From NCBI GenBank assembly GCA_964016885.1, contig OZ024741.1, positions 88,846,001-88,910,000 on the forward strand: a stretch of DNA of 64,000 nt, given 5' to 3'. The translations under genes and the position numbers were made by a program. Below the pieces are notes generated by a model. It saw nothing but the letters and a program-made list of their open reading frames with translations, ran no database searches and was not told where the DNA came from. Source of the DNA: Eledone cirrhosa. Taxonomy: Eukaryota. Shown in pieces: positions 43,126-54,924 of the stretch; position 1 is the stretch's first letter, and each line of letters opens with the position of its first letter.

Positions 43126-44090
43126 CATTGTCAAAACCAACAAAGTGCCAACATACATTTATCTAATAACCTTTTATGATAAATTTATATACGAACCTTT
43201 ATGTTCCAAACACAAGCTTAGTAATAAGTTAAGTAAATTATATTACTAACTCTGCAAATTCTTAATTATTTTCAAAATTATTTGAAAACCATAGGCAGTG
43301 TTTTTCATTAAAAATAGGGTAGTGAAAGTGTTAAAAGAACCAATGTGGGCATCTATATCTATATATTTATATGTCTGCATAACTCAAATGAACAAAATCC
43401 CTTCAAAAGCAGGCATATCAAAAACCCAAAACAAAAACAGTGTTTACATTTTCTGAACCGCTCTGACAACAATGCATTAAATAACTGTTGCATAAGGACA
43501 TTTTAATACCATTGAAATGTACATAATGGGTGTGATCTAAGACAAACTGTAGTGGAATGTGAAAAACCGCCTCTCTTCTTCTTAATATATATATATATAT
43601 ATATATTACATTCATACAAATGAATTAAAGTAGAGCGAGTGAACGAGTGTGAGAGAGAAAGAGACCACACAATTATAATTTACTACATTATAGATCTAAA
43701 TGTTGCTGTACTAATACATCTTATGTTGTTTGACATAGTAGCCTAATATGTACATGACTACTCTTGTAACCTGAACACTAACTTAATAGGGAGTCTGATA
43801 GGTGAAGGAGTCAGTGGATAGTATCTTACTGAATATAAGATTGATGGTTGCAATGATTAAAATAAAGGGCTGGAATGCTAATAGTAAATTGAACCCTGCT
43901 GAAACTGGCTAATCACTTCACCATGGGACTTGTGGATTATGGAACCCTCCGATAATACAGAACCCTGTTGCATTAATACTTCTTCCAATCACCTTGTGAT
44001 GTTCAGAACAGCCATTCCCTAACATTCACCTTTGGGGTTTATTATGGAAAATCTACAAAAACACCCACCCACCTTTTTATTATTTTTTAA

Positions 44091-44310
44091 CCCTTTTGAT
44101 ACCAAACCAACTGAAAGTGCTCCTGGTTCCATAAAGCACGAGTTTATTTTAAAGTGTTTATATTTATTTAAAAACCTGCCATCATAAATTTATATTATAT
44201 TCTAAACACCAGCTTAATAATGAGAAAGTTATTATCAAATCTATCCAAATTCTTGATTATATTCAAAATGATAAGCAGTGTCAGCCATTAGCAATATGGT
44301 AATAAAAGGG
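44091..44310 (+). mobile_element. TTAA-type (piggyBac-like) MITE, family A, 220 bp
   Basis: TTAA|CCCTTTTGATACC...GGTAATAAAAGGG|TTAA; 13-bp TIR with 2 mismatches. Confidence 0.8.
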
Positions 44311-44689
44311 TTAAAATATATTATAAGATTCAATACTTTTCTTGAGGAAATATTCCTTAGCTTTTGCTTATAGGTGTTGTGATCCTAATACAATAATCCA
44401 TCAGGCAAAACAACATTTATGACGCTTTTGTCTGTTTATGTTATTCAACCCTGCGTCTCCATTTCTCTACTGATATTGTTCTTAATTCTCCACATCAACA
44501 CATTTCTTGTTATATGGTTTACATTCTATCCCTTTCATTCCCTTTTCTTCTTCTCTCTCTCCCTGACCGATTTTCCGTTCATAAGGGGTTGTTTACCTGA
44601 TTCCATATTATTTGCTTTCTGATCAAGTTACCTACTATACGTTCCATTCCCTGATACTGACAGTATAAGATAGGTTTTAATAAATAGTG

Positions 44690-45126
44690 TGTGGCAGGAG
44701 TTCTTCTTTTATTAGGCACTGCGTGGGGGGAATGGGGTCCGTTTTTCTTATATTAGGCGCTAGAGGGGGGGGGGGGTTATTGGGCGATGTGGGGTTCCTT
44801 ATTTTTTATTGGGCGCTGCAGGGAAGGCGGTTGTTTTATATATTGGGCACTGTTGAGCGGTCCTTTTTTTTTTTATTGGGTGTTGCAGAGGGTCCCTTTT
44901 TGGGGGCCGCTTGGGGGGGGGGGGAGCTATTCGGCGCGGGGCGCTCATTTTTTTTATATTGGGTTCTGTGTGGGACCGGTTTTTTTATATTGGGTACTGC
45001 AGGATGTTGGGTTTTTTATTGGGCGCTGCATAGAGGTCCATTTGTTTATTGGGCGCTGTGGGCGCTGTCCGTTTTTATGTTGGGTGCTGCGGGAGCGATC
45101 CATTTTTTTTATTAGACGCTGTAGTG
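44690..45126. repeat. GC-rich degenerate minisatellite (~28-30-bp units, TTTTTTATATTGGGCGCTGC + G-rich spacer)
   Basis: Roughly 14 recurrences of TATT(G/A)GG(C/T)(G/A)CTG-like motifs in an otherwise AT-rich context. Confidence 0.8.
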
Positions 45127-45891
45127 TCTAGAGAGTGTAATGAAGATGCAAGTGTGATGTCATCTGTGCATGAAGCTGCCTGTATGTAGTGTGGAAGATC
45201 ATAGTAATGATTTAACAGAAAATATTAAAAGTTTGTTAATTCAATTTTTAAAGTATCTTTGTTAGTGGACAAATTGGTGTGAAAATTTGCAATAAACTAA
45301 AGTAAAAGCTTTAATAATTTCTAATATAATTCAGTCATAATGCTGTTTAGTAATTTTCAAGAATGTCTTGCTAATGTGGTTTCACAATACAGGACATTAA
45401 AAGTGAAAGCTGTGATGTTGATTGTAGTTAATATTGTACATGTGGGAGGTTATTTGTTGTTGAAGCCATTATATATTTTCTGTGTTAGATATGGTGGTTA
45501 AGTTGGTGGTCTTATTCCTTGTTGTGAATAAGTAATTATTTACTTTGGGATTCAACCCTCCTCATCATTAGCTAGTGTTTGTTGGACAAGTCTTCACAAA
45601 CCGAGTCAGTACTCAAGTGAGGCTATTGACCTCTCAGATGGACTGGGGAAGGGGGAGCTACTGCATCCCACATATGATCCCGTGATCTGAGTGCATTTTA
45701 TCATGACACTAACACTAGGGAGGTTGTTGTTTTTGATATAGACCAAGGGTTCTTCCAACCCTTTGTTTGACAGTCTTAAAATGGTTTTACTGTATGTTTA
45801 ACATTCAAACATATTTTCTTTATTCATACATATTCCATTTCGTTATAAAAACTATAATTATTTTATAAATAAATGAATCATTAAAACCAAT

Positions 45892-45921
45892 ACCACCACC
45901 ACCACCACCACCACCACCACC
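45892..45921. repeat. (ACC)n microsatellite
   Basis: Direct reading. Confidence 0.95.
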
Positions 45922-47129
45922 AATGTCTTATAGGATTAAGTATTGAAAAAACATTTATTTAAACATTTTGTTGCTTTTCATTTAGTGTATATATAATATT
46001 TGATGCTATTACTCCCATCCTTATGTTTCTGTGAAAAGTAAGCATCAGATGTCAGCAGCAAAGTAACATTGCAGAAATATAGAACTTTAATAACGCTCAT
46101 AATATGTTATTTCTGTAAAAAAAATAACCAAGTTTGGGGTTTGTTTCTTTAACGATAATATCAAAATAGCAGGAAGTTTATATTTCACTCATGATGAGAA
46201 GGCAGACATCTGATAAGGAAGATTTTTGAGATACACAATATAAAAAAATACATTTCTTAAGTGACTTGTGAAAAGATCATAACATACAGTCTAAAATATA
46301 TAGATAGCTAGATATTTTTGGCATATCAATAAATATTACCAAAATAAAAATTAAATCCATATTTTAATTATTAATTTGATCAATTATAAACTCCAACATT
46401 GTGAAATCTTAGCAAAATTTAAAATGTGATGTATGAAACAAAGAAATTGAAACTATTCCAGCCATATCTTTTACTTTTTTCCCCCCACAAACAACATACC
46501 ACTTGAACTATCTTAGTCTACATTCCAACACAAACTGTTTCAATCTTCACTTGGTAACATCACTGTCTCAATGAACCAATGTGAGAGTCTCTATGCAGTT
46601 ACCTAATTTGTTAAAAATTGCAATAAGATTCTCGCAAACCACACCATACCATCTTAGAGAAAAATGGCACTTCAATAATGCAGTTCTAGACAATAAATTT
46701 GGGATGGGAACAGAACAATACAGGGTAGGGTAATTTAAAGAAAATTTTAGAACTGATGAATCTTTGAGACAGGTGTCATGACCTAATGTTTGACTGAGCC
46801 TGAGAAGCTTATGCAATAGCTGTTTTTAACATTTTATGAGTGTTTTAAGTCTTTTAACCATCAATTACCATGTATTTGCCACAAACTGTAGGGGGTCAAT
46901 TGCTCGTTAAAATAATTACTGAAGCAGGAATGCATATTATCATAGATTTGCATGATTAGGGCCAATTTGACTATATACATACATTATGTAACTATACCAG
47001 GAGACATAGCTTGACAAAGCTTACCTTTCAGAAATAATAATTTTAGTACTAATCAACATTTTATTATAATCTCACGTAACTAGAGCAGTGTTTTCCAAAG
47101 AGAATTTCCCAAGATAAGGTGTCTTTCAG

Positions 47130-47353
47130 CCCCTTGATACCAAACCAATGGAAACCACCTCTGGTTCTATGACAAAATACTGTTTGTTTTAAAATATTTA
47201 TATTCATCTAAAAATCTTCCATTATAATTATATGTAAGAACATTTGTTATGTTCCAAAAACCAGCTTAACAAGTTAGATATCTTACAAAATCTTTTCAAA
47301 TTCTTGATTATTTCCAATACCTTTCATTAGAAATATAGTAATGAAAGGCTTAA
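47130..47353 (+). mobile_element. TTAA-type MITE, family A (termini eroded)
   Basis: CCCCTTGATACCAAACC...GTAATGAAAGGC|TTAA; body matches 44091-44310. Confidence 0.65.
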
Positions 47354-48125
47354 AATTTAATAAAAAATTTATTATACATCTTTAAAAATATAAATATATT
47401 CTTTCACTATAACAATTTTTGCTTCATTTTTCTGTTTTATTCAGTCATGAAGATGAAGAGCTTATGGCCTTCACAGGCCTTCATAACTAGGGAGATAGGG
47501 AGATTTATGCCACTAATGTACTGCTTAAACTGTTGCAAATCAAATCCTGAAAGACATGAGCAGGAAGGTTTAGGTATAGTAGTTAATGTGGGACCTGGAG
47601 TTCAGTACAGCTATAATGAAAGAAGTAGAGATAAGTCAGTTGGGAGTGCTTCACTGGAGATGACACGAGATCGGCAAGCTCCGAGGAGCAGAAGCCAGTG
47701 TAGTAACAGTAGAATACGTTTTAATGTCTTATTTATTAGGATGGTGTAGATTCTCTATATAATATAGGTAAGAGTTTTGTGATTTGGTGGAAAACTGTAG
47801 ATAAATTCTGCAACAAAATAAGTTTTGGGATCACTGAACTAAAGAATGCTGGTCATCACATATTTGGATCACCTTGTAAAAAAATGTTTAACTATACTGT
47901 TCCCAATATGTGATTTACCAAACTATCAAACTCTCTCTCACTTTGGCATGCTGGCTTTCCAAGTTATTAATTAGTTAACCCCATCCCCAATAGCATATAC
48001 TTCTTCTGTTCAAGTAATAACTACCGTATCTTTCTTTTACTCCACTATCAATCTTAAGACTCATCCTATTTCTCATGAAATACTCAATTAATTAATGAAA
48101 AATGTCAAGGAATTAACTAAAACAA

Positions 48126-48405
48126 TGATCATGAAGGTGGTTAAGGTGTTTGGCTCAGGATCTCAAGGATATGAGTTCTATTCCTGGCAGTACATTGTGT
48201 CATCGAGCAAAATTGCTTCAGTTCACACAGCTAACAAAAATAAGGTCTACCTGTAATTCACAGGACCAGCCACAGTGTCATGCTGAATCTCCCTGAGATC
48301 TATGCCGGTGAAATGCTCAGCCCCTTGCATGTTAACATTTCTCAAGCAGACTATTCTGTAGATTGTATCAACTGGAACACTTGTCGTTGGAACCGACTGA
48401 GGTTT
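48126..48405 (+). mobile_element. SINE family 1 nested within a degenerate family-A MITE (about 48056-48580)
   Basis: GGTGGTTAAGGTGTTTGGCTCA...GAGTTCTATTCC head. The flanks carry MITE-A motifs in reverse orientation. Confidence 0.6.
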
Positions 48406-49345
48406 AACATACTAAAATTATTAATTATTGCATTAAGATGGTATTTGTAACATAACATAATAAAAGGTTCTTATATAAAATTATGCTGGGAGATTTAAAT
48501 TTAAATAAGAACACTTTAAAAGTGGTGATTTCATGTCATACAATCGGAGCCAGTTTTAGCTAAGTTAGTATGAAAAAGGTTACCTTTGCCTTCTCTATCT
48601 AAAAAAAATTATATCACTTGCTAATTTGCTCCACACCTGTAATTGTTTACCTAGGATTCCATAGGAGACCCAAAATGTATATCTAATTCTTTTTCTATAA
48701 CAGATCTACTACCATTACCACCACCTCTACTAATACTACTACTCCCCCTCTCTCTTTCAGTCATCAGTATATTATTGCTAACATTTAACTGTTTATTACC
48801 ATATATTAAAACCAGACCAGCTATAATTCTTAGCTAGCTCTGTACACCCCTTTCTTTTCATATCACAGAGAAATCTTCACAATATGGGGTGGGACCATTC
48901 CCCTCTCAACTAAAAGCTAAATAAAAGCAATCTGAAAAAGAGCAAATTTCTTCTAAAGTCAACCAAATGAGCATATCTTCATTTATTTTAAAAATATTTG
49001 TTTAGCATTTAAAATCTCTCTTTCTCTCTGTCTATCTGTATAATTGCTTGCCTCAGTTTACTTAGTTACAGGTTCAGCTGTAGGACCTGCCACCACACAT
49101 CAAAGACCCCCTAGTAGAAATTCTACAGTAGTTTATCTTTAATGATATAAACCTTATTTTGGTGACATGTTGTGTAACAGCGCACTAGCCCCGCATCTGA
49201 CTCAGGGGGTTTGGCTTGACTGCACATGTTGTTGTTTAGCCCCAGGTCAACCCTGATAGAACAGACTTGTAAAACACATTCCAGATGTGACCATCCTATG
49301 TTTTTAGAAGTTTCTAGAAGTACATTGTGTCCTTTCCTTATCTAA

Positions 49346-49563
49346 CCCGTTAGCAGTTAAACCGGCTGTATCCGGCCAGAATTCTCTCACCTCTTTCTGT
49401 TCAAACTGGCTGTATCTGGCCACTCATACTGATGTTAAGGTATTGTTCTCAAAATAAATATCAAAATCCCATAGATTCGATATTATGAGGGATAATTATG
49501 TGAGGCAAAGAATTTACCACAAAAACACAATAGCAAATATAGGGTAATATAAATGCTAAAGGG
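49346..49563 (+). mobile_element. TTAA-type MITE, family B, intact
   Basis: CTAA|CCCGTTAGCAGTTA...TAAATGCTAAAGGG|TTAA; inserted into another repeat whose empty form is at about 52820-52980. Confidence 0.8.
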
Positions 49564-49814
49564 TTAAGACAGTAAGGTGTGATTTGAGGAAGATATGGGT
49601 TACTATTTCTTGTCAGTTGACTGATGTATATGAATATGTATGGACCTGTAACTCCTGGCAGAATCGTAGGGACACCATTATGACATATCTTATGCCCTGG
49701 GCATTTTAAACCTGGCAGAACCTATTCCCTCTACAGGTCTGAACACAGCCAATTTCTTCCAGAGGAGAGAGAGAGTGAAAGATAGGAAGTGAAAAAGAGA
49801 TATAGAGGAAGAAT

Positions 49815-49972
49815 TGAACCCAGTACCAGACTGGTCCTTCTTTACCTTTCATTCCCGAAAAGATGAAAGGCAAAGTTGACCTCAAAAGATTTTGATCTGA
49901 GAGCATAGAGAGCTGGAACAAATACTGCAAAGCATTCTATCCGACATTCTAATGACTACCAATTTGCCACTA
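49815..49972 (-). mobile_element. SINE family 2
   Basis: GATGAAAGGCAAAGTTGACCTC on +. Confidence 0.65.
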
Positions 49973-50079
49973 TCATAGAAATTACACCAACCCATATATT
50001 AAATTAGAGGCTCATCATTTTATAAAACACAAAGACATACTATCAAATCTGTGTGTTGTATAATTACAATTATACATCA

Positions 50080-50450
50080 AGCATTTTGTTTTTGCATTAT
50101 ATGCATGCAAACACACACAATTTTAACATGACCCTGTTGTAAGAATGTGCATGTTTTCCAACACTCTTTTAACAATCTAGTTTTTTGTTGTTGTTTTTTT
50201 TCTCTTTTTTCCCTCTTTCTCCAATTATTTTTTCCGATGAAAGGCCTACATCTTAAACATTAAAAAATTTCCCATGTTTCTGAATGTAAACCTAATAACA
50301 TTAACTTAGAATGTAGCCTGTCTTTGCATTGTTATTTTCTAGATAGTAATTTGTACATGCATGCGTTGTACCTCTTTTGTTGCAAATGATCAGCTAAACC
50401 TCAATGCATATTGTTATTACTGACCCTATACACTTGCAATATAATTATGT
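50080..50450 (+). repeat. ~370-bp repeat unit, copy 1 (copy 2 at 52477-52820), with a degenerate hammerhead motif
   Basis: Shared AATGTGCATGTTTTCCAAC, AATAACATTAACTT, TGTCTTTG..TTGTTATTTTC and TCAATGCATAT. Confidence 0.7.
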
Positions 50451-50456
50451 ATTAAT

Positions 50457-52476
50457 TAGTATAATAAGTAAGGCGATCAAAGACATGAAGACGGGCAAGG
50501 CAGCCGGGCCTTCGGAAATAGTTGCCGAAATGCTGAAAGCATCTGGAACGGTGGGACACACTATGGTCACCCGGATAGTAAACCAAGTCAAACAGAATGG
50601 GGTCGTTCCGAAGGACTGGCGCAGCAGCATCATCATTAACTGCTACAAGGGTAAAGGTTATGCCCTAGATAGGGGAAACTATAGAGGCATTAAATTAATT
50701 GACCAGGTCATGAAGGTCACAGAAAAAGTAATAGCGCAACTAATCAGAGAGAGAATTGATCTAGACGAAATGCAGTTCGGGTTTGTATCAGGTAAAAGTA
50801 CAACAGACTACAGGAGAAGTACCTAGCTAAAAGTAAACCCCTATACTTAGCTTTTGTTGACTTGGAGAAAGCCTTTGACAGAGTACCCCGCTCGATTATC
50901 TGGTGGGCCCTTAGAAAACTAGGTGTTGATGAATGGCTTGTGAGAGCTATACAAGCCATGTATAAAGAAACAGCCAGCAAGGTTAGAATTAACAACGAAT
51001 ATAGAGAAGAGTTTAGCGTAAAAGTTGGTGTTCATCAGGGCTCCGTCCTTAGCCTCCTACTATTTATTATTGCCCTTCAGGCTATAACAGAGGAATTCAA
51101 GACCGGCTGCCCATGGGAACTCCTATATGCAGATGATCTAACGCTCATAGCTGAATCAATGGCTGAACTAGAGAAGAAATTCCAAACATGGAAGCATGGC
51201 CTAGAATCAAAAGGCCTTAAAGTTAACTTGTCTAAGACTAAAGTTCTAGTTTGTAGGAAGGAAAATAGGGCACCGGTCCCATCTGGGAAATGGCCATGCT
51301 CAGTGTGTAGGAAAGGAGTAGGTAGAAACTCCATTTCATGTCCCAAATGCAAGGAATGGGTGCATAAAAGATGTAGTGGCATCACAGGTAAACTATCTAA
51401 GAATATAGATTTTATATGTGGCCGGTGCTCTGGTGCAATAAGTAGCAGCAAGTGCCCACAGAATACTAGCTCTTTCAATTGCGCAGAGGGTTCTATAGAA
51501 ATAGTGGACAGCTTCCGTTACCTGGGTGATAAAATCAGCAGTGGGGGAGGGTGCTCTGAAAGTACAGTAGCTAGGGTCAGAACAGGATGGAAAAAGTTCA
51601 GAGAGCTTATACCACTATTGGCCGCTAAAGGGTTCTCTCTAAAAATGAAGGGCAGGCTGTATGATGCCTGCATACGAACAGCAATGTTACATGGCAGTGA
51701 GACCTGGGCATTGTGTGCAGAGGATATACGCGGGAGAGAAACGAAGCTTGCATGCTCCGCTGGATGTGTAATAGTAACATACGTGAACGGCAAAGCATAA
51801 ACGTACTAAGGGAGAAATTAGAAATAAGAGGGATCAGATGTTGTTTACTCGAGAGAAGACTACGTTGGTATGGTCACGTGATGCGCATGAAAGACGACAG
51901 CTGTATAAAAAAGTGCAGGGCAATAAAAATAGATGTTAGCCACGGAGTAGGCAGACCCAGAAAAACCTGGGACGACTTGATAAATTCCGACCTCACACAC
52001 TTACACCTCTCCAAGGCAATGTCACTGGACCGAGAGCTTTGGCGCTACACAGTAATAGAGAAGACCCGCCTTACCTAAGTACAAAGTGAAACCTACTACA
52101 GTCAGTAGGCACCTCTAACAAAATACACCCCCGTCCCACTACCCCCACCCCATCCACACCACCCCTTCAATGTAAAGTTATGTTGGTGTCACAACATCCA
52201 GGCCGAAACAAATGAGGTCGTGTAGGTGTCACGACAAAAAAACAGACAGTCCACGCTGTAATGTGGCCGTGTAGGCAACACGGTAAAAACCTCCCAGTTC
52301 CACACTGTAAATGTGGTTGGTGTTAGGAAGGGCATCCAGCTGTAGAAAACCCGCCAGACAGTCCTATGCGAGCAAGACAACCACTCTTGCCTCAAATGGG
52401 AAAACCCCCGTCCAAACCCATGCAAGCGTGGAATATGGACGTTAAACGATGACGATGATGATGATGATGATGATGA
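50457..52476 (+). mobile_element. 5'-truncated RTE LINE, subfamily B, with complete 3' UTR and (GAT)n tail
   Basis: ORFs 50404-50826, 50862-51800 and 51713-52078: KAAGPSEI, QGSVLS, YADD, RRLRWYGHVMR. Two frameshifting deletions. Confidence 0.95.
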
Positions 52477-52820
52477 GCACTTTTTTGCATCACACAAATA
52501 TGTGTACATGCATACATATATATCATTTCAACATAACCTTGATATAAAAATGTGCATGTTTTCCAACTTCATTCTCTTTTTAAAATCTCTTTTTCGTTTT
52601 TCTCTCTTTCTCCCATTATTCAATTCTGATGAAACACCCACATCTGAAACATCAAAAAACGTTTCCATTTCTGTAAGTGCAAACCAAATAACATTAACTT
52701 TAATCTTATCTTGTCTTTGTGTTGTTATTTTCCATATATTAATTTGCATGTGCACGCGTTGTTTCTCTTGAAAGTAGCCAACAATACATCAATGCATATG
52801 TTGTTACTATTTACCCATTT
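52477..52820 (+). repeat. ~370-bp repeat unit, copy 2
   Basis: See 50080-50450; carries CTGATGA...GAAACATC at 52626-52653. Confidence 0.7.
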
Positions 52821-54094
52821 CAGGATTAAGAATAAATGCAATCCAGTCATGACCATCCCATCTTTTATTTCACACCTGTATCTAAGAGTACATTATCCAA
52901 TATGTCCATTTATTTTTTAAGATGGTAGGTTGTGATTTGAGGAAGATTTCACTGCTATTTTCTAGCTAATTGAGTAATTATATATGGGCTCCATTGCTGG
53001 CTTGTCAATGCATAAGTGAAGAATGAGGCATATTCTGATATCAAACAGCTTCATTTCAATCACATCACTGTAAAGCCAACCACCTATAAATGAATACTTC
53101 TGAATATTAAAACAACCAGAAAATACAGACACTTGACATTGAAGAATTCTCCATGTAGTTAATTAAGACTTGCTAGGAAAAAGAGCTAAATCTTCCTGCT
53201 ATCACATTTGACAGACTCAAAAAAGAGAGACAAACACATTGGATAATGGAGTTCTAGCTTGTTTGACCTCCGTCATTTCCAACAAAAGCTGCAATTTATT
53301 CAATCAATTGAACTACCTGCTCATGAAATTAACATGTAAGTGGCTGATCATTCCACAGACACATGCACCCTTAATGTAGTTTATCAAGGAAATTCAGTGA
53401 GATACAATGTGTGACAAGGCTAGCTCACAGTTCTAGATATACTATGGCTAAAAAAAAAAAAAAGAGAAAAACCAAGACTGGATGGTCACGGTCTGCTAGA
53501 TCAAGGTTAATCCAGAGCTAAGCAACAAGACTAGGCAGGAGTATAAAAATTGATAAACCAGTTAAAAATCCATAGTTTTATTAATGCTTCAAAAATTCCA
53601 TGTTATCTCTATATATTTTTGACCCACAATTCATGATACTCAGCATTATTTCATCTCTGATCATTCAATGCTGATTTTTGGTTTGTTAGATATTCTTACC
53701 TTCAGAGCCCTTAAAACTCATTAAATAATTTTAAAATATAGTTTAACCCTGTTACCACCAAGTTTATAAGAAACACTTGAAGATCTCTCACAATGAAACT
53801 AATTCTTCCATTTTGCTGAATCAAAAATGGAATTAGGGACCAGCGCGAGGGGAACTGATATGACTACCTCCCACCCACACACACACACAAATGAAAAATG
53901 GAAAGAACATAGGGGAGGGAGGGAAGAAAGATTCCCTATTTATTAAATAGAGATTTCTTAAGAAGCAAGCAATATGAACAATTTTGCTTATAAATGATTG
54001 AGATGTATGCTGTGATATACAGTCATTTGTTATGATAGTAGTGTACATTAGGGATTCATAAAATCTAACTTTTAGTTTGGCTGACAACCCAGAT

Positions 54095-54790
54095 TCATCA
54101 TCATCCTCACCATTATACATCCGTTCTTCCACACTAGCATGGGTTAGACGGGTTGTCCTGTTGTGGGCAGTGTTCGGTCGGCTGACCTTGTCTTGCTCAT
54201 ATGGGAACTGATTCTGGCTTGATTTCTACAGCTGGATGCCCTTCCTAACACCAACCTCATTTACAGTGAGTGCTGGGTGCTTTTTTTTCCGTGGCGCCTA
54301 CACGTCCACTTTACAGTGTGGGCTGGCTGCTTTCTTGCCGTGGCACCTCCACGACCACTTTGCAGTGGGAGGGTGTGGGGGCATATTGTCTATATGCTTC
54401 AGCTTTGGCTTGTACCCGTGGGGGGATCGGGTCTTCTGCATTACTGCGTAACACCAGAAGTCACGGTCGTACGTCATCGCCTTTGAGAGGTGTAATTGGG
54501 TAAGGGTTGGGGTGCATATAATTGTAACTATTGTTCTATTTAGGACTAGTCTAAGTTTAATGATTCTCCTGTTCCCTCTATTTACAGAGATTACCTTATC
54601 AGCTAATAAAATACTTACTCCCCCCCAGCCCATTGTCATTTCCTGCCCAGAAAAATGTGTAACACTGTTTTTTGGCCTACAAGGAGTCTAGCTGACTCCT
54701 CTCCATCTAGCCTCTTGCACACAGCAAACATCAATTTTCTTTCATCCTAGCATCTCTACAATCGCCTGTTATTCTTTTCTTTGTGTTCAC
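54095..54790 (-). mobile_element. Internally deleted RTE subfamily A: APE N-terminus fused to ORF C-terminus and 3' UTR
   Basis: ORF 54298-54639 joins ...RIIKLRLVLNRTIVTII (endonuclease) directly to LTQLHLSKAM (C-terminus). Tail at 54095. Confidence 0.8.
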
Positions 54791-54924
54791 ATTGGAAGTT
54801 TGGGAGTTTGCCGTCTGGATCAGAGAAGAAAGATGAGGGTGGATATTTGCGGGGGTGTCTTAGCTAAACTTATAAAACAGGAGACATGAAATAGGATAAA
54901 TAGGGAAACATGACATAGAATACA

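Noticed and set aside
44687-45131. 142-aa and 114-aa Gly/Phe-rich ORFs
   Set aside because: They are products of the GC-rich tandem repeat.
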